A DNA stretch of 64,000 nucleotides, from assembly GCA_030141605.1 (NCBI GenBank), contig JAQGDQ010000047.1:806001-870000 (forward strand). Direction: 5' to 3'. Position numbers and translations under genes: made by a program. Positions 1 through 11,700 of the stretch are shown here, one piece after another (within the stretch, counting starts at the first letter, position 1; each line of letters opens with the position of its first letter). Origin of the DNA: Tubiluchus corallicola (lineage: Eukaryota; Animalia; Priapulida). The notes under the pieces were generated by a model. It was not told the origin of the DNA and made no database searches. It worked only from the letters and a program-made list of their open reading frames with translations.

Positions 1-118
1 ATGTTATTGCAGTACAGCATGGCATGCAGAAAATCCATTACAGGGGTGTTTACGAAGTGGAAACAGATGCCAGATACCTTTGTCCACTCCTCGCTACAAT
101 TCATATTTGTTGTTTTTC
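1..118 (-). CDS. Gene A exon: N-terminal part of a C-type lectin domain (runs off the window start)
   Basis: The minus-strand acceptor GCTAAC...TTCCGCACAG| is followed by (G)KTTNMNCSEEWTKVSGICFHFVNTPVMDFLHAMLYCNN, with no stop before base 1. The pattern C-x3-W-x6-C-F-x-F...F-x-x-A-x-x-x-C is the canonical start of a C-type lectin domain. Phase 1 matches the upstream exon. Confidence 0.8.
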
Positions 119-444
119 CTGTGCGGAATTTGGGAAGTTAGCTAATAACGCAAAACTGTACAATCGGCTCACATGCATCATAATTAGCATGCAGCATTTT
201 GAAATTAAATGGAGAAATCCATCCGTTTTTGCAGTTTTTTTTAACAAACTACACAGTGTGGACCAACTCTTATCTCTTGTAAAGAAAAAGCAGATTATTG
301 GTGTTGTTTAGTTTATTAAATTTAGGGTATTTAGTTCGTTTTATCACTACATTTAAAACTTGCATTGCCTGTATCGTGCCCTAAGAGCCGGCGCCGACGA
401 AACTGTACTTTGTAAGTTGTAATGGAAAACAATAATAAACTTGC

Positions 445-564
445 CTTCTGCTCCTCCACCTTGATCACCATCACATCCACATTTGCTACATGTTATGTCA
501 CACTCTCCACATGGATAGTACCAACACCAATAGATCGAACAATCTGTTTCTGTCTCTTCACATG
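445..564 (-). CDS. Gene A exon: ShK(ShKT)-like cysteine-rich module
   Basis: Acceptor TTATTACAG| and donor AAG|GCAAGT (GC donor) define a 120-nt phase 1-1 exon: (A)CEETETDCSIYWCWYYPCGECDITCSKCGCDGDQGGGAE(G). The C-x-x-T-C-x-x-C ending is ShKT-like. It splices in frame to exon 118-1. Confidence 0.72.
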
Positions 565-663
565 CTGTAATAATTAAAATTACATATTGTCTTCACGCTG
601 TTGTTTATTTGTTCGAGCGAATCAAATCTTAATGTAGTATTTTGAAATTAGACTGCAAACTCC

Positions 664-1270
664 CAGAGACCTAGCTTATTGGGGGGGGGGGGGGGTGAGA
701 GGCAATCGCCCCCGTGTGCAAGGCTGAAAGGGCGCGAAATTCTTCTATTTACTTCAATAACTGTTAATTATTAATTACAACCCGACATTAACAATTAACA
801 AAAGTTTTCAAACGACAGCAAAATTGCCCAGTGAGAGATCATCGTAGCTGAATTACCACGTGCCTGGTGCTAGAAAAAAAACTAATGATGCTACATAACG
901 GTATGTGTAAATTTGAGGGCGTCACATTTTAGAAAAAATCTTATTATCCTCGGAAAACGTGTATACTTACATATTCACGTAAAGGGGCGCATTTTATAAC
1001 ACACCACAGGCAGTTGCTGAGCGAAGCTTTTATAATAGTACCACATAGCGAACAGAGGCAAAGTATTACACACAAGTCTGCTTAAATATAAGCGTTATGC
1101 AAATACTTGTAATTAATAATGACCACAGCGAAACTAGGTTAATAATGCTTCTAATAAACACAAGTATTGTTTAATCTGCTCGTTGCAAAAGCAACCATAA
1201 ATTCACAATAGAGATGGACGAGACAAAACTACCAGCCTAGGGCGTCGAGAAGTCTTGATACGTTTGCGAA
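664..1270. mobile_element. Degenerate hAT-like MITE with G15 run
   Basis: Begins CAGAGACCTAGC-G15(681-695)-GGCAATCGCCCC and has GCCTAGGGCG near 1235, resembling the GC-rich ends of animal non-autonomous hAT elements. Ends and TSD are not resolved. Confidence 0.3.
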
Positions 1271-1705
1271 GTAGCTTATCATGTAATAAATTTTTATCAG
1301 TTTTTAATATTGTTTACACCGTATTCTAAATTTTTAGGAAAAAAAATTGATTCGTTGAAAATGGCAGAAGGTGTTCTAAATGACATATCCTGGCTGATGA
1401 GCAGAAATATTCAATAAGAGAGTAACCCAATGCTTTAAATTGCGGACTAGTTTCAGTAACAGTTTTAATGTGGTATCATACTGGTAACTTTGGCTCAATA
1501 AATTACAAATGTTTCGCACCTTCCATATGGTGTGTAAATATGAGAATCCAAATCAGTCCGCACTCAATCTGCAAAAAATACATAAATAAAGACATCGGAG
1601 ATTGTAGGAAATTATCAATAATAATTATTCTGAAGCTCATGAGTAATTTTCCTACTTTAATGCCCCGGAATATCTTATCAATAATAATAAGTTTAATAAT
1701 CTTAC

Positions 1706-1748
1706 CAGTTTTATGGCTATTTTCGTTTTTGTTGCCTCCATCCTGGAC
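1706..1748 (-). CDS. Gene A putative short linker exon
   Basis: GTTTTTAG|...CTG|GTAAGA, 43 nt, phase 0-1, VQDGGNKNENSHKT(A). It joins in frame to exon 564-445. The upstream partner exon was not found. Confidence 0.5.
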
Positions 1749-3502
1749 CTAAAAACAGCTTATATAGATTCATTGCATTTAATATACAAAATATCTAATT
1801 TTGTTAACTAAAGGGTTATGTGTGGCCGCACTTGCATGCGTATTGTAGTTAAATGTCACCGTGCCTGGTAAGTAAATGAACGGGTAACCATGGACGGGTA
1901 ACCGCCATAAAAACTGGTTCAGGGCGACTTTATTTATCTATGTATAGCTACTACACACTACACGCGTCTCGAAGTGTTACATTAGTTAACTGTTACAGTG
2001 CAGCATGAAGAGGTCAGTGTACAATACAAATCGTGCCAGCTTCCATTTGAGTGGTCACACAGGATAGAGATTTCGAAAAAACTACTTGTTATTAAATAAA
2101 GTATTATTAATTTAAAACTTGTTACTTGAATGCTGACTTTAATGTAGCATCAAAACTAACATTCCTGTAGGTCGACTATTTTTTATGCATTCCAGGACAC
2201 TGCAAATCATAACCGAAATGGCAACACCCAGATGTTGATGCCTGTGGCGACACTGGAATCTAAATTATCAGTACGGAGAATCATCTTAAATTGAGATACT
2301 AAACTGGTCTAGTAAGTTTCTTAGCCACATTTGAGTTTAGTCCTTTCTCTCTCAGAGAAAAATGACCGGAGATAGTACCGCAGAAATGATTTTACTGGCG
2401 TTCCCATCCATTTACTATCCCGGCTCAGCATTTCTCTTCTTCGGATGGTGAGTATATACAGTGACCACCACTGTATTTAATCTCCCTAAAATTACTGCCA
2501 AGAAACCAAAAACGCGCATTTTTAAATTAATTTTTCTATATCTAATTCATATTATGTCAACCACAAAAAGCAAATTGAAATTCATCTTATGATAAACACT
2601 TCAAAATGAAACTGAAAAAATGGCATGTAAGTTATATTTTTAGTCAAAATTTTCCGTCATGATAACCAATCCGGTAATGCAATTAGTATCTAATTCAAAG
2701 TTAGCTTTCACCCAGTTGGACAGCGACGCACACTCGTTAATTGTTTTCACTTCGTTTTCTTCACTTAATTCACCAACAATGCTACAAAATAATTTCGGTT
2801 TCAAACGCACACATTTCACATGTAAGTGACAATAACGTAGTATCTGAAATTATAATGTAGCCACACGAATTTTGAAACACAAAAGTAGTATTGCGGTCAG
2901 ATTATATGAGCTGGGTGAGCCTTTCATCACTATGCCTACCTTTTGTTTTTTGTAGACTGCGTCAGGTGCATAACTGATTTAATATTTAATGTAAAGTTTC
3001 ATAGGTAACCAAACGCAAATATTTTCAAGCTTATAAATAATTGTAACCTCTTTTGCATAAATAATTTGACAGAAACCGCATATGCGAATAATTATATTGA
3101 TCAAAAATGGGTTAAATAGTTAATTGCAGTTTATTCATCTATTGATTTTTTTCTTAAACTTTACATCTGAAGGTCCTATTACACATCTTTTCAAATTCAG
3201 GCTTGTAACTCGAGATACCCACAAACAAGCTCCAATATAATTGCCATCCGAAATCGACAATGTTTGAAAGAGAGAGTTCCTTTTGACCAATTTCATGTTT
3301 TGAATAAAGAAATCGATGTTTTCGTTGTTTTTGGTAGGCCTATAGCCGTTTTCGAGTTTGCTGCTTATATGTTTATCTGTAGTTATTGTTTGCTTAACTT
3401 TTCGACATTGGAAAAAAAATCTTTACGAAAATTCACTACATTAGAGAAATTTTGCTCCCCTGATTTCTATAGAAAAAATGGTCATCAGTGATTTTTCTTA
3501 AC

Positions 3503-3606
3503 GTTGTTGTTGTTATTGCGGTGGTGGTGTTCGACGGCTTACGTGATCATCAACATCATCATCATCATCATTGTTGTTGTTATTAATTTTATTATTATTG
3601 TTATTA
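3503..3606. repeat. Compound trinucleotide microsatellite (TTG/ATC/ATT)
   Basis: Directly visible short tandem repeats. Confidence 0.85.
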
Positions 3607-4860
3607 GAGCGTAAGAACATAAAACTAGCCTAGAAATCACTAAATAAACTAAACTAAATCTGCTACAAAACCACAGACGTAGATATAACTGCTAAATCTG
3701 TGACACAAATTTTAACTAAACGAATTTAATAAGCTGTTACCAGTTTTGTACAAAGTTTACACGACATTTAAGAATTGGTTAGGACGTTTGTTTTTCCTAA
3801 AGAGCGAAGAGATAAATGAAATAAAAATAACATTGGTGAGCAAAACAAAACTGCATACGGCATACTGCGCAACTGACTACTCTAAAACACGCTGCCAAAG
3901 ATTAAAAGTATTGTTATGTAATACATTACTTTCTTTAAGTAATTCCACTGATTTTCGACCCTTATTCTAAAATAGGGATGCTGCTTTAGAAGCATTTGCA
4001 CGCGATTAGGTCACAGCTGCAACCTAGATGGCGCTAGTGTATCGTTTTACAGATAATAGTTTCCTTAAAATAATTCATCGTCATTCATATAGGGCCTAAA
4101 AAATTGATTTATGCTTAAAAATTATTGTCGCCTTTCCAGCGTTTTTTGCTATGAGCCTTAATGTCTAACGTCAGATGTCGGATTGACTTTTCTAATATGT
4201 TGTTTCAAAGTTCATCCAGCAAGCCCTATATTTCTTGATGAATGCGATGTCTGGTTAACTAATAACTAGACGAATTGTCCGTGAGTTGGTGGAAAGTTAG
4301 GTGCGCCACCGTGGGCGCGTGCGTGCCTGCGTGAGTGCGTGCGTATGTTCGTGACCACACTTTCTCTGTCGGATGAAACAGTATTCACATTATTTTACGA
4401 GTAATACAAATAAACAACCGTGATATTTGACACTAATCCGATTATAGCAGCGCTGTGGTGTTGTAACTGATATACAATTGATCCTCTGTTTTCGGTTGTT
4501 AGTCTTACAAAGCGTAAGCTTGAGTCTTGACCAATGATCCTGGTCACGTAATACCCAAAGAAGCCACAGGAGATTTGTCGTTAATAGCGTTGTTATTAAT
4601 TATATCTAGTGTAAACTCAGTAAATTTGTTGTCAGCATATCTTGTGTAATAAAATTCATTTTCATTGTAAATATCTTGTAGATGTTTGTTACGATGAGGA
4701 TCTAAACTCAAGTTGTGCGACTGTCTGAGCTAATCCTATAAACAATTTGAAACTGCGTTCAAAGCTAGCACTTTATGAACTTCAACACACGGATGGGGTT
4801 GTAGTTGCTGCAGTAAGTGTCGTAACACTTGCACTACCTATAGTCATTCGCTGCAATTGT

Positions 4861-4946
4861 AGCACAAATAGATACTTTGTATACTTGGTATTATAATGGA
4901 GATAGCACAAACAGGTACTAAGTATGCTAAGTATTATAAAGGAGAT
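4861..4946. repeat. 43-bp tandem duplication (2 diverged copies)
   Basis: AGCACAAA...GTATTATAA-GGAGAT at 4861-4903 and 4904-4946. Confidence 0.8.
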
Positions 4947-4951
4947 CTATG

Positions 4952-5030
4952 GAAAAAAGAGAGAAAGAGGGAGACAGAAAGCGCGCGCGAGAGAGAGAGA
5001 GAGAGAGAAAGAAAGAAATAAAAAGAGGAG
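4952..5030. repeat. (GA)n/(GAAA)n microsatellite
   Basis: Directly visible. Confidence 0.9.
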
Positions 5031-5583
5031 GGGGCTTGATGTAACTTAAACCTTTTAGCGATCTACATTTCTAGGCCATTGCCTGGAATGCTGTGATGCA
5101 TTCGAGCTATTTTTACCAAAAAATTTGCAGCTTTTGTAGTTGCATTTTATAAAGCAGCTTGTTTGTTTTTTAGGAGAACCGGTGGAGTCTCGGTTTAAAT
5201 CAACGGCTTTTCGGTTCCTCTATTTATTACTTTACAAAATTAATTTGAGCTAACGCCTGCCTGTATCTGAGTCGTTCTCGCCATATGCAAGTTTAATAAT
5301 TATTACTTTATTGATTGGTAACTTGAACGTCTAGAATAGGACGACTATGCAAATTTCGCACACGGAAAATTCATCTGTGTCCATCCTATTTCCGTTTCAG
5401 CAGTAATGCAGTTCTAATTCTTGCGAAGCAGCCATGAATCGACTAGCTAGGTCTTATTATTTGCACACGTTGATCAGGTACTTGTATCATATATGTGCCC
5501 TAACTAGTTATGCACATAACCTAGTATTTTCAGTACTAATACTTTGATCTTATGAAAATGTATTTGTATTAGTAAGTATTAGT

Positions 5584-6100
5584 AAACAAACAACTAAAGC
5601 AGTTTAATTAAGCAAACGAACGAAGGAGAGATTAACCAACCAACCAACCAGTCAACCAACGAACCAACCACCAACTAAATAACCACCAACCAACCAACCA
5701 ACCACCCAACCAATCAACAACCAACCAAGCAACCGAGCAAACAACAAACCAACCAACCAAACCAGCCACTAACCAACAATCACCCGACCAACAATCCAGC
5801 CAGTCAGCCAACCAACCAATCAACTAGCCTACAAACAAACAAACAAACAAACAAACAAACAAACAAACAAACAAACAAACAAACAAACAAACAAACAAAC
5901 AAACAAACAAACAAACAAACAAACAAACAAAATAAACTAAAATAAAGCAACCATGTATACGTTCAAACAAATAAGCAAACAAACAAACAAACAAAAAAAA
6001 CTAAAAACAAGCAACCATGTATACGTTCAAACAAATAAGCAAACAAACAAACAAACAAACAAACAAACAAACAAACAAACAAACAAACAAACGAACAAGT
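5584..6100. repeat. (AACC)n/(AAAC)n tetranucleotide tract with an internal duplicated unique unit
   Basis: Degenerate AACC, then pure AAAC. GCAACCATGTATACGTTCAAACAAATAAGCAAAC occurs twice (about 5948 and 6011). Confidence 0.95.
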
Positions 6101-6443
6101 AAACCGCAGATATCCATTTGTAAAACCATGCAGCATATTTCCCTCTTTCACTTTTGCGCTTAAATCATTGTGTGTGTGGGATATCCTTTTATGGAAAGCT
6201 CGTTAGCTTGATTGTGAGTTAAGAGTGACTCGAGCAGAGTGGAATGGCGATCGTATATCGATCCATTGCAAAGAACTTGTTGCGGGTGAGCGCTTTACAT
6301 AGTTTTCCTAATGACATTTACTGCGGCCGGGCTCGTATCGGCTGACCATGGTATTCTCGTTGTGAAGCCATGCAAGAGAGACATGTAATGGTAGACTTTA
6401 TGTAGACACAAACTAGTAAACTTTAATAGCGATACGGGATGCC

Positions 6444-6699
6444 CAGTGTCGGATTTAGGACATATAAGGTCTTATGCTAGTTAGGTTATGAGGCCCCTTA
6501 CTTGGGCCCTGAAGGATGAAGGCCCGGTAGGCCTACACAGGTAGTCAGGAAATAGTTAAAATATTAATTATTATTTTTTTAAAACAAGTTTGAAAAACAT
6601 TTGAAAAATTCATCGTAAATTTTTTTTGGCAGGAAGATGGCCCCCTGGGCAATGGGACCCAGTGCTTAAGCATACCTAAGCACATGGTAAATCCGACTT
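6444..6699. mobile_element. hAT-type MITE with TIRs and 8-bp target-site duplication
   Basis: Left end CAGTGTCGGATTTA and right end TAAATCCGACTT are imperfectly inverted. Flanks GGGATGCC (6436-6443) and GGGATGTC (6700-6707) match at 7/8. CAG termini with an 8-bp TSD are hAT hallmarks. Confidence 0.75.
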
Positions 6700-7139
6700 G
6701 GGATGTCTCATACAAATACTGTTTGTTTCTGTTTTTAAGAAGTTTTGTTACTGAATCTGGATGGTATTGATGGAATTAAGTGAATGCTCTGGCAGTAACG
6801 CTTTTGAATCAAAGTTCGCATTTTTTACAATTAAGTGATCGTCTAAATATAATGAAAAAGAAGGGATTCATGAATTTAAGTTATTGCAACAGAATTCTTT
6901 CCTAAATTTACACTAGATTTACACGTTTTTTCCACTGAATTCAAAATTTTCTGTGCATTCTTGCAAGAATTATCTTCTATTTTGTGGTGTTTTTTATAAT
7001 TTTCACAACCGATCCCGAAAGGTTTTCTTTTCGATAACGGTTTTGCATCATCATGTTTCTATGCTTACAATTTCTTAGCGTCGTTGTTACATGACCACAG
7101 CACAGTAACTTTTAGGCGGAATGTCGGTTTAGGACAATG

Positions 7140-7480
7140 TGGACTTCTACAAAAGCAATTGCATGTTTACTAGAAAGCATTAACGTACAAAGATCAGTTT
7201 CACTAATCCATAAATGTTGTAAAAATGTATGTATAAATATTACAGAACTAGTCTAACTGAAATATTTTCTAATTAGTTTACCTTAGTTAGAGATATCCAT
7301 AATTGCAGCGGAAGATTTGCTACCAGCAAGCATTACTTTATCCCAAGATATACAACATCATATGGGCTAAACTCAGTTAGGTACCAAGGAGCAAAATTTT
7401 GGAGTAAGTTACATTTTTATATTAAAGGCTCCCGATTGTATGGCTTCTAAACTTAAAAAGGCTTTACTAGTAAAATACCA
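7140..7480 (+). mobile_element. Decayed CR1/L2-group LINE, C-terminal end of ORF2
   Basis: From 7265: FSN*FTLVRDIHNCSGRFATSKHYFIPRYTTSYGLNSVRYQGAKFWSKL, matching the typical H.Y.TR...P...T..G..S..Y.G.K.WN.LP tail of CR1/L2-like ORF2. In-frame stops are present. Confidence 0.75.
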
Positions 7481-8039
7481 CTAGCATTTACTAACCAGCA
7501 TTGACTACATTTTTTAAATGAATTCGTTTTTGTTTGGGTTAAAAATTATAACAGACTTATTGATTATTATCGTGGGCTACAGTTAAATAAAATATAATTA
7601 TGTAACGACAAACATCAGCATTTTTAGACGCAAATCATGGAAAACAAGCGTTCGGGAGTGGTGCCAGTGGTGGGTATGCCAAAATACAGGAACGCTCTCC
7701 AGACAAGAAGTTTATCGTCATACCACTTTATATTATAAATCTATATTATGATTACTATCTTTGTCAAAGCCTTATCAAATTCAAAACCTCTGCAAAAATG
7801 ACAAATTTCTAGGCTGAGCAAATGTACAACGATAACTTATATAAAGTTGCTTTAGGTATTCCATGAATTAGGAATAACAGTGTTCTATACTTTTTTCAAG
7901 GTAGTCTAATTTCCTTGTGAGTTATCTGTTATCATGCATAATCAGAATGTACAGATAGGCACAATCATACACTTCATACTGCCATTTGTCTGTAACTCAT
8001 TAGTGCTGCCTGTGATCATTTATTATTTCATTTATATTA

Positions 8040-8200
8040 AAAGGATAGCTGACTACGTGACCTTTTGATCGGCGCGCTACCCCTCTCCCCATCACTTGCA
8101 TTAGTAGATATTAGGCCCTATTTATCTTTATATACTGGATGTGGTTATTGTATATTTTGTAATCTGATGGAGAAAAATAAATTTTAATTCAATTCAATTT
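8040..8200 (+). mobile_element. Probable LINE 3' UTR with poly(A) signal and (AATTC)n tail
   Basis: Ends TGTAATCTGATGGAGAAAAATAAATTTTAATTCAATTCAATT. AATAAA followed by short tandem repeats is typical of CR1/L2 3' ends. Confidence 0.4.
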
Positions 8201-8504
8201 TAAAACAATTCAGTTATTGATATTCAGAAACTTGGTTATGCAGCTGCTTCACTTATACTAACTTGGCTTGCACTGTAATTAAGTGAATCCATAGTGCAGA
8301 AATACAAATCCCTTAATCCTTTGAGTGCAAGTGTGCAATACCAACTTGGTTCTGTGGCTGTATGGGCTGTATTTCTTGAATCCAGGGAAAACTCATTTAC
8401 AATTTTAGATGCACTTATGAACATATTTACCTGACTAATATTTAATGTGAATATTATTCACATTATCCATTTTCATATTCATTTTTTATTTACAAACTAA
8501 CAAA

Positions 8505-8540
8505 CGCACACACACACACGCACGCACACACACACACACA
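8505..8540. repeat. (CA)n microsatellite
   Basis: Directly visible. Confidence 0.9.
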
Positions 8541-9119
8541 GATATGTAAAGGGATAAAACGCTCAAAAGAACTTAGTGTAATGTTTATATGGTTTTACAA
8601 TTGAACTTTGATTTTTAAACAATCTTTGCTGGCATTTTCCAGCACTGCGTTTCAAAGTTTATGTTTCAAGTTAGAAATGCAAACCAAAATTGTAAATGCA
8701 AGGCGAGGTCCGAGGTTGACGTAGGTACGCTGTAAAAACTTGTTGGACACGTAGCCAGCTTGTTTACTTACCATCGTATTTGTAATTTTAGGACACGAGT
8801 AATTCGAACATGAAGGTTTTTGGATACACACACAAATAGTTTGGATGTATATTTAGTAATGAACATAGAATTCTTTGGCACAGGTATGTAGGAAAGTAAG
8901 TTGGCAGGAAGTTTAACGTGTAAGCACGCATTTAATGCAGATGGTTGTGGTGTTGCCGGCATCCGCTAAGATCAACTTTTAGGACAGCGGTCCCTTGGAC
9001 ACTTTCCGATTCACATACAGGGAGAGCTATTCTCAATGAGATAGTAAATAAAGCTGAGATAGGGGAAGGGGGATATACAGTAGGAGTGACCGGCGAGAAA
9101 CGATTTTCCTAGTGGTTAC

Positions 9120-9804
9120 CTATCCCGTGCGAATCAGCTGTGTGATTCAGCTGTTTACCAGGATTGATTGGCTCTGTTAATTGACACGATCGACACTAAA
9201 CTCTTACTCCAATTCTTCCTAATTATTAAATTTTTCATTCTGGATATTGGCATAGTTATTATTCACTAAAATATTATATGGCTTTTGATTTACACGTTAT
9301 AGTAAACGTAGCCTACGTTTTTGCAGTCGCTTAAGACATAACGTATTTAAAACTGTTACAGTTTGCACCTGTTTTGCGCCGTTTTCCAAACAGTTTACGG
9401 TGAGTTCTCAAATGACGTCTATTTCTAATAATTTACAACTTCAACTTTTCCACACGCCGACTGGAAGATAGTATTCAATGCGCATGCGCGCGTTATCTTT
9501 CACATATTGTTGTGTAGCTCGCAGCCAACCCGAAATGAATGCGAAGCCTCTCGAGCAAGCTTATGTACACAACCCAGGGTTCTTGAAAAGTGCATGCAAG
9601 TTGAATTCAAAAATACAAGAGATAAACGGTGAATAAGAAAGTGATGATGTACAAAGTTGACTGCTTCCCAGTCTTTCTGCGAAGCTGTCTTATCGTGGTT
9701 ACCACTCGTTGGCTTCAATGTATTTATCTTTGCGAGTTATTGAGCGCAAAGTGCTTCAGTAGAAAAGAGTTGTGAGTTTACTCTTGGTATCATCAGCTGT
9801 GAAA
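9120..9804 (+). promoter_or_regulatory. Candidate promoter/5' UTR of gene B
   Basis: CpG-richer region just upstream of the signal-peptide exon. It has TGCGCATGCGCG (9479-9490, NRF1-like), reverse CCAAT (9167-9171), TGACGT (9413) and CAGCTG E-boxes (9135, 9148). Motif matches only; TSS unknown. Confidence 0.4.
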
Positions 9805-9927
9805 ATGTTCACGTGGGCAATGGAAAATTTATTTTACTTTCTTGTTTTTTTATTGTCGTTAACAAGGTGTCGTGGACTGGCAATGACGCCAGACGATTTG
9901 TATTGCTCAAAAGAATGCCAGTCCTTG
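9805..9927 (+). CDS. Gene B exon 1: signal peptide plus first CxxxC motif of a Cys-box/FN3 secreted or receptor protein
   Basis: AAAATG start; MFTWAMENLFYFLVFLLSLTRCRGLAMTPDDLYCSKECQSL; hydrophobic core followed by a plausible cleavage site after CRG; donor TTG|GTGAGT, phase 0. A second in-frame ATG is at 9820. Confidence 0.8.
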
Positions 9928-11635
9928 GTGAGTTGCTAGCATTTTAATTGATTTCTTAACTCCTAAGTTAAAATATTTCGCCAGTGCGTGCTGTGATATT
10001 ACGGAACAGCAACATTGGAATAATGTAGGCTTAAATGTTACATATTTACGCAGAGATGGGTAAAGATTACTTGAGATCTAATTATTCGGCTTATACCTGT
10101 AAAACTTATAATTCTATTACCGCTGTTTGCATGGGTGTCTTACTGCTGCAATCATTTTCCTGGGGAGCCGGTAATTTTGAAGACATTGAAAGTCTTTTGC
10201 CATTTAAAGCATGTTAAAAATGGGAACTGAAGTCACAAATGCTGATAAAAAATAAGAACTAATTGAACGACCACATATTTGTAAATTTGAGATAACGTAT
10301 TGTAAAATCAATATAAGAACTGCTTGAAAAAAACGCGGCTGTCTCGTTGTAGCGTTTCGATCATTAAACTCTTCAGATGTTTTATTTGACCAGCTAGACT
10401 TACATCTGAGCCACCGGCCTTTATGCTTCTATATTGTAATGCTTGCCTTATTAGGCTAAATTTACCTTAAATCTGTAATAGTTTTTACATGTTTTTGTGC
10501 ATTTAAAATGTTTAATATTTTATAATTCGAAAAAGAAACATGCTGTAAGAGTACAGATACTTTGTAGTAGTTTTGAGGTGCCAATCAAAATCGTCGTTCA
10601 AATTTCAATAAACTTTCCAATTGCAATTCGGAAATACGATTTTAGTTATGGTATGTGTCATATACGTATGATTTTAATCATACGTTGCATTTAATGTTCC
10701 GCAGAGTCAGGAATGTTGACTAATTAGAATTAGAATTGAAAATAGAATTTATTTATATACGATAAATAAAATAACGAAAAGGTGTCACCTATTTATGAAA
10801 TTGCAATATATATATAAATTAAGGAGCTGAGTTGTTACAGTTACAATTGTTCCAGTTATTTAGTTTTTTGGTCACTTCGGTTTGACATTAGTTGGATGAC
10901 CACGGCGTACAAACTATTGCGGTTTTGTTGATTAAAACATATTGTAGTTGTTTGTACATGTTGTATAGTTGAACAGTCAGTCAGCACCTCACTACCAAAT
11001 TAACCATTTCTCTTGCTTTAGACTTATTGCGTAAAATAATTCGACATTTCCTCGCCTGTATGATGATTTTTGTAATTGACACAATTATAACTAGACTGCA
11101 TGGTTGAGTCGAATTAATGATTTATCGAGTGACCACCAATATATAAATAACTCTCGTGCTAGACGATGCCTTTCAGCCTTTGCTGAACGAAGCAATTATT
11201 TCAGAAACACTTTACAGCAAACGCGAAGGCATATTGTATCCAATAACAAGGAAAGATTGAGCTTGATGTTGCGAGAATGAAATTAATGTAATAACCGTAT
11301 GTCAGGGTTCACTAGGTAGACATTTTGTCTCCATCCCATCAATTATATCGTGGGGATTCTTTTTGAATTTAAAATGGAATTTCTAACAATAGTACAAATT
11401 TTTTTTTCTATTTTGCACTTCCGCATGAAAAGCTGTAGGTTGCAAATTGGAACAATTTGAAATTGTAAATTTACCTTTTAGGTAAATTGGAGATATTAAA
11501 TTCACATGGTGGATTAATTTTATTCTTTTAGACGCACTGTGATTTTCGTTCATATCTAGAAGGAATTCGCCGTATAAAATATGTTTTCATAATTTTCTAA
11601 GAGATCTTATAGTGCGTAGAATGTCTATTTACGTG

Positions 11636-11700
11636 TGGTGTATTGTAGTGTAGTGTAGTGCAGTGCAATGTGGCATAGTTTAGTATTATGTAGCGGAGCG
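11636..11700. repeat. (GTAGT)n pentanucleotide repeat, degenerate
   Basis: Directly visible. Confidence 0.8.

Noticed and set aside
173-277. Possible extra minus-strand exon (GPHCV...FVKKNCKNGWISPF...YDA) with donor |GTGAGC and a ~54-nt intron
   Set aside because: It needs a frameshift, and splicing to exon 118 creates TGA. It may be a decayed exon but cannot be called as CDS.
24-311. 95-aa plus-strand ORF from the ORF track
   Set aside because: No recognisable motif; it is the antisense shadow of the minus-strand C-type lectin exon.
8236-8424. Minus-strand ORF as a candidate 5' exon of gene A
   Set aside because: No signal peptide or clear donor. A faint channel-like GIAHL...ALW in another frame contains stops and is too weak to call.
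10350-10376. Hammerhead-like core on the minus strand (CTGAAGA...GAAAC)
   Set aside because: Stem II is mismatched and no stem I pairing could be found.
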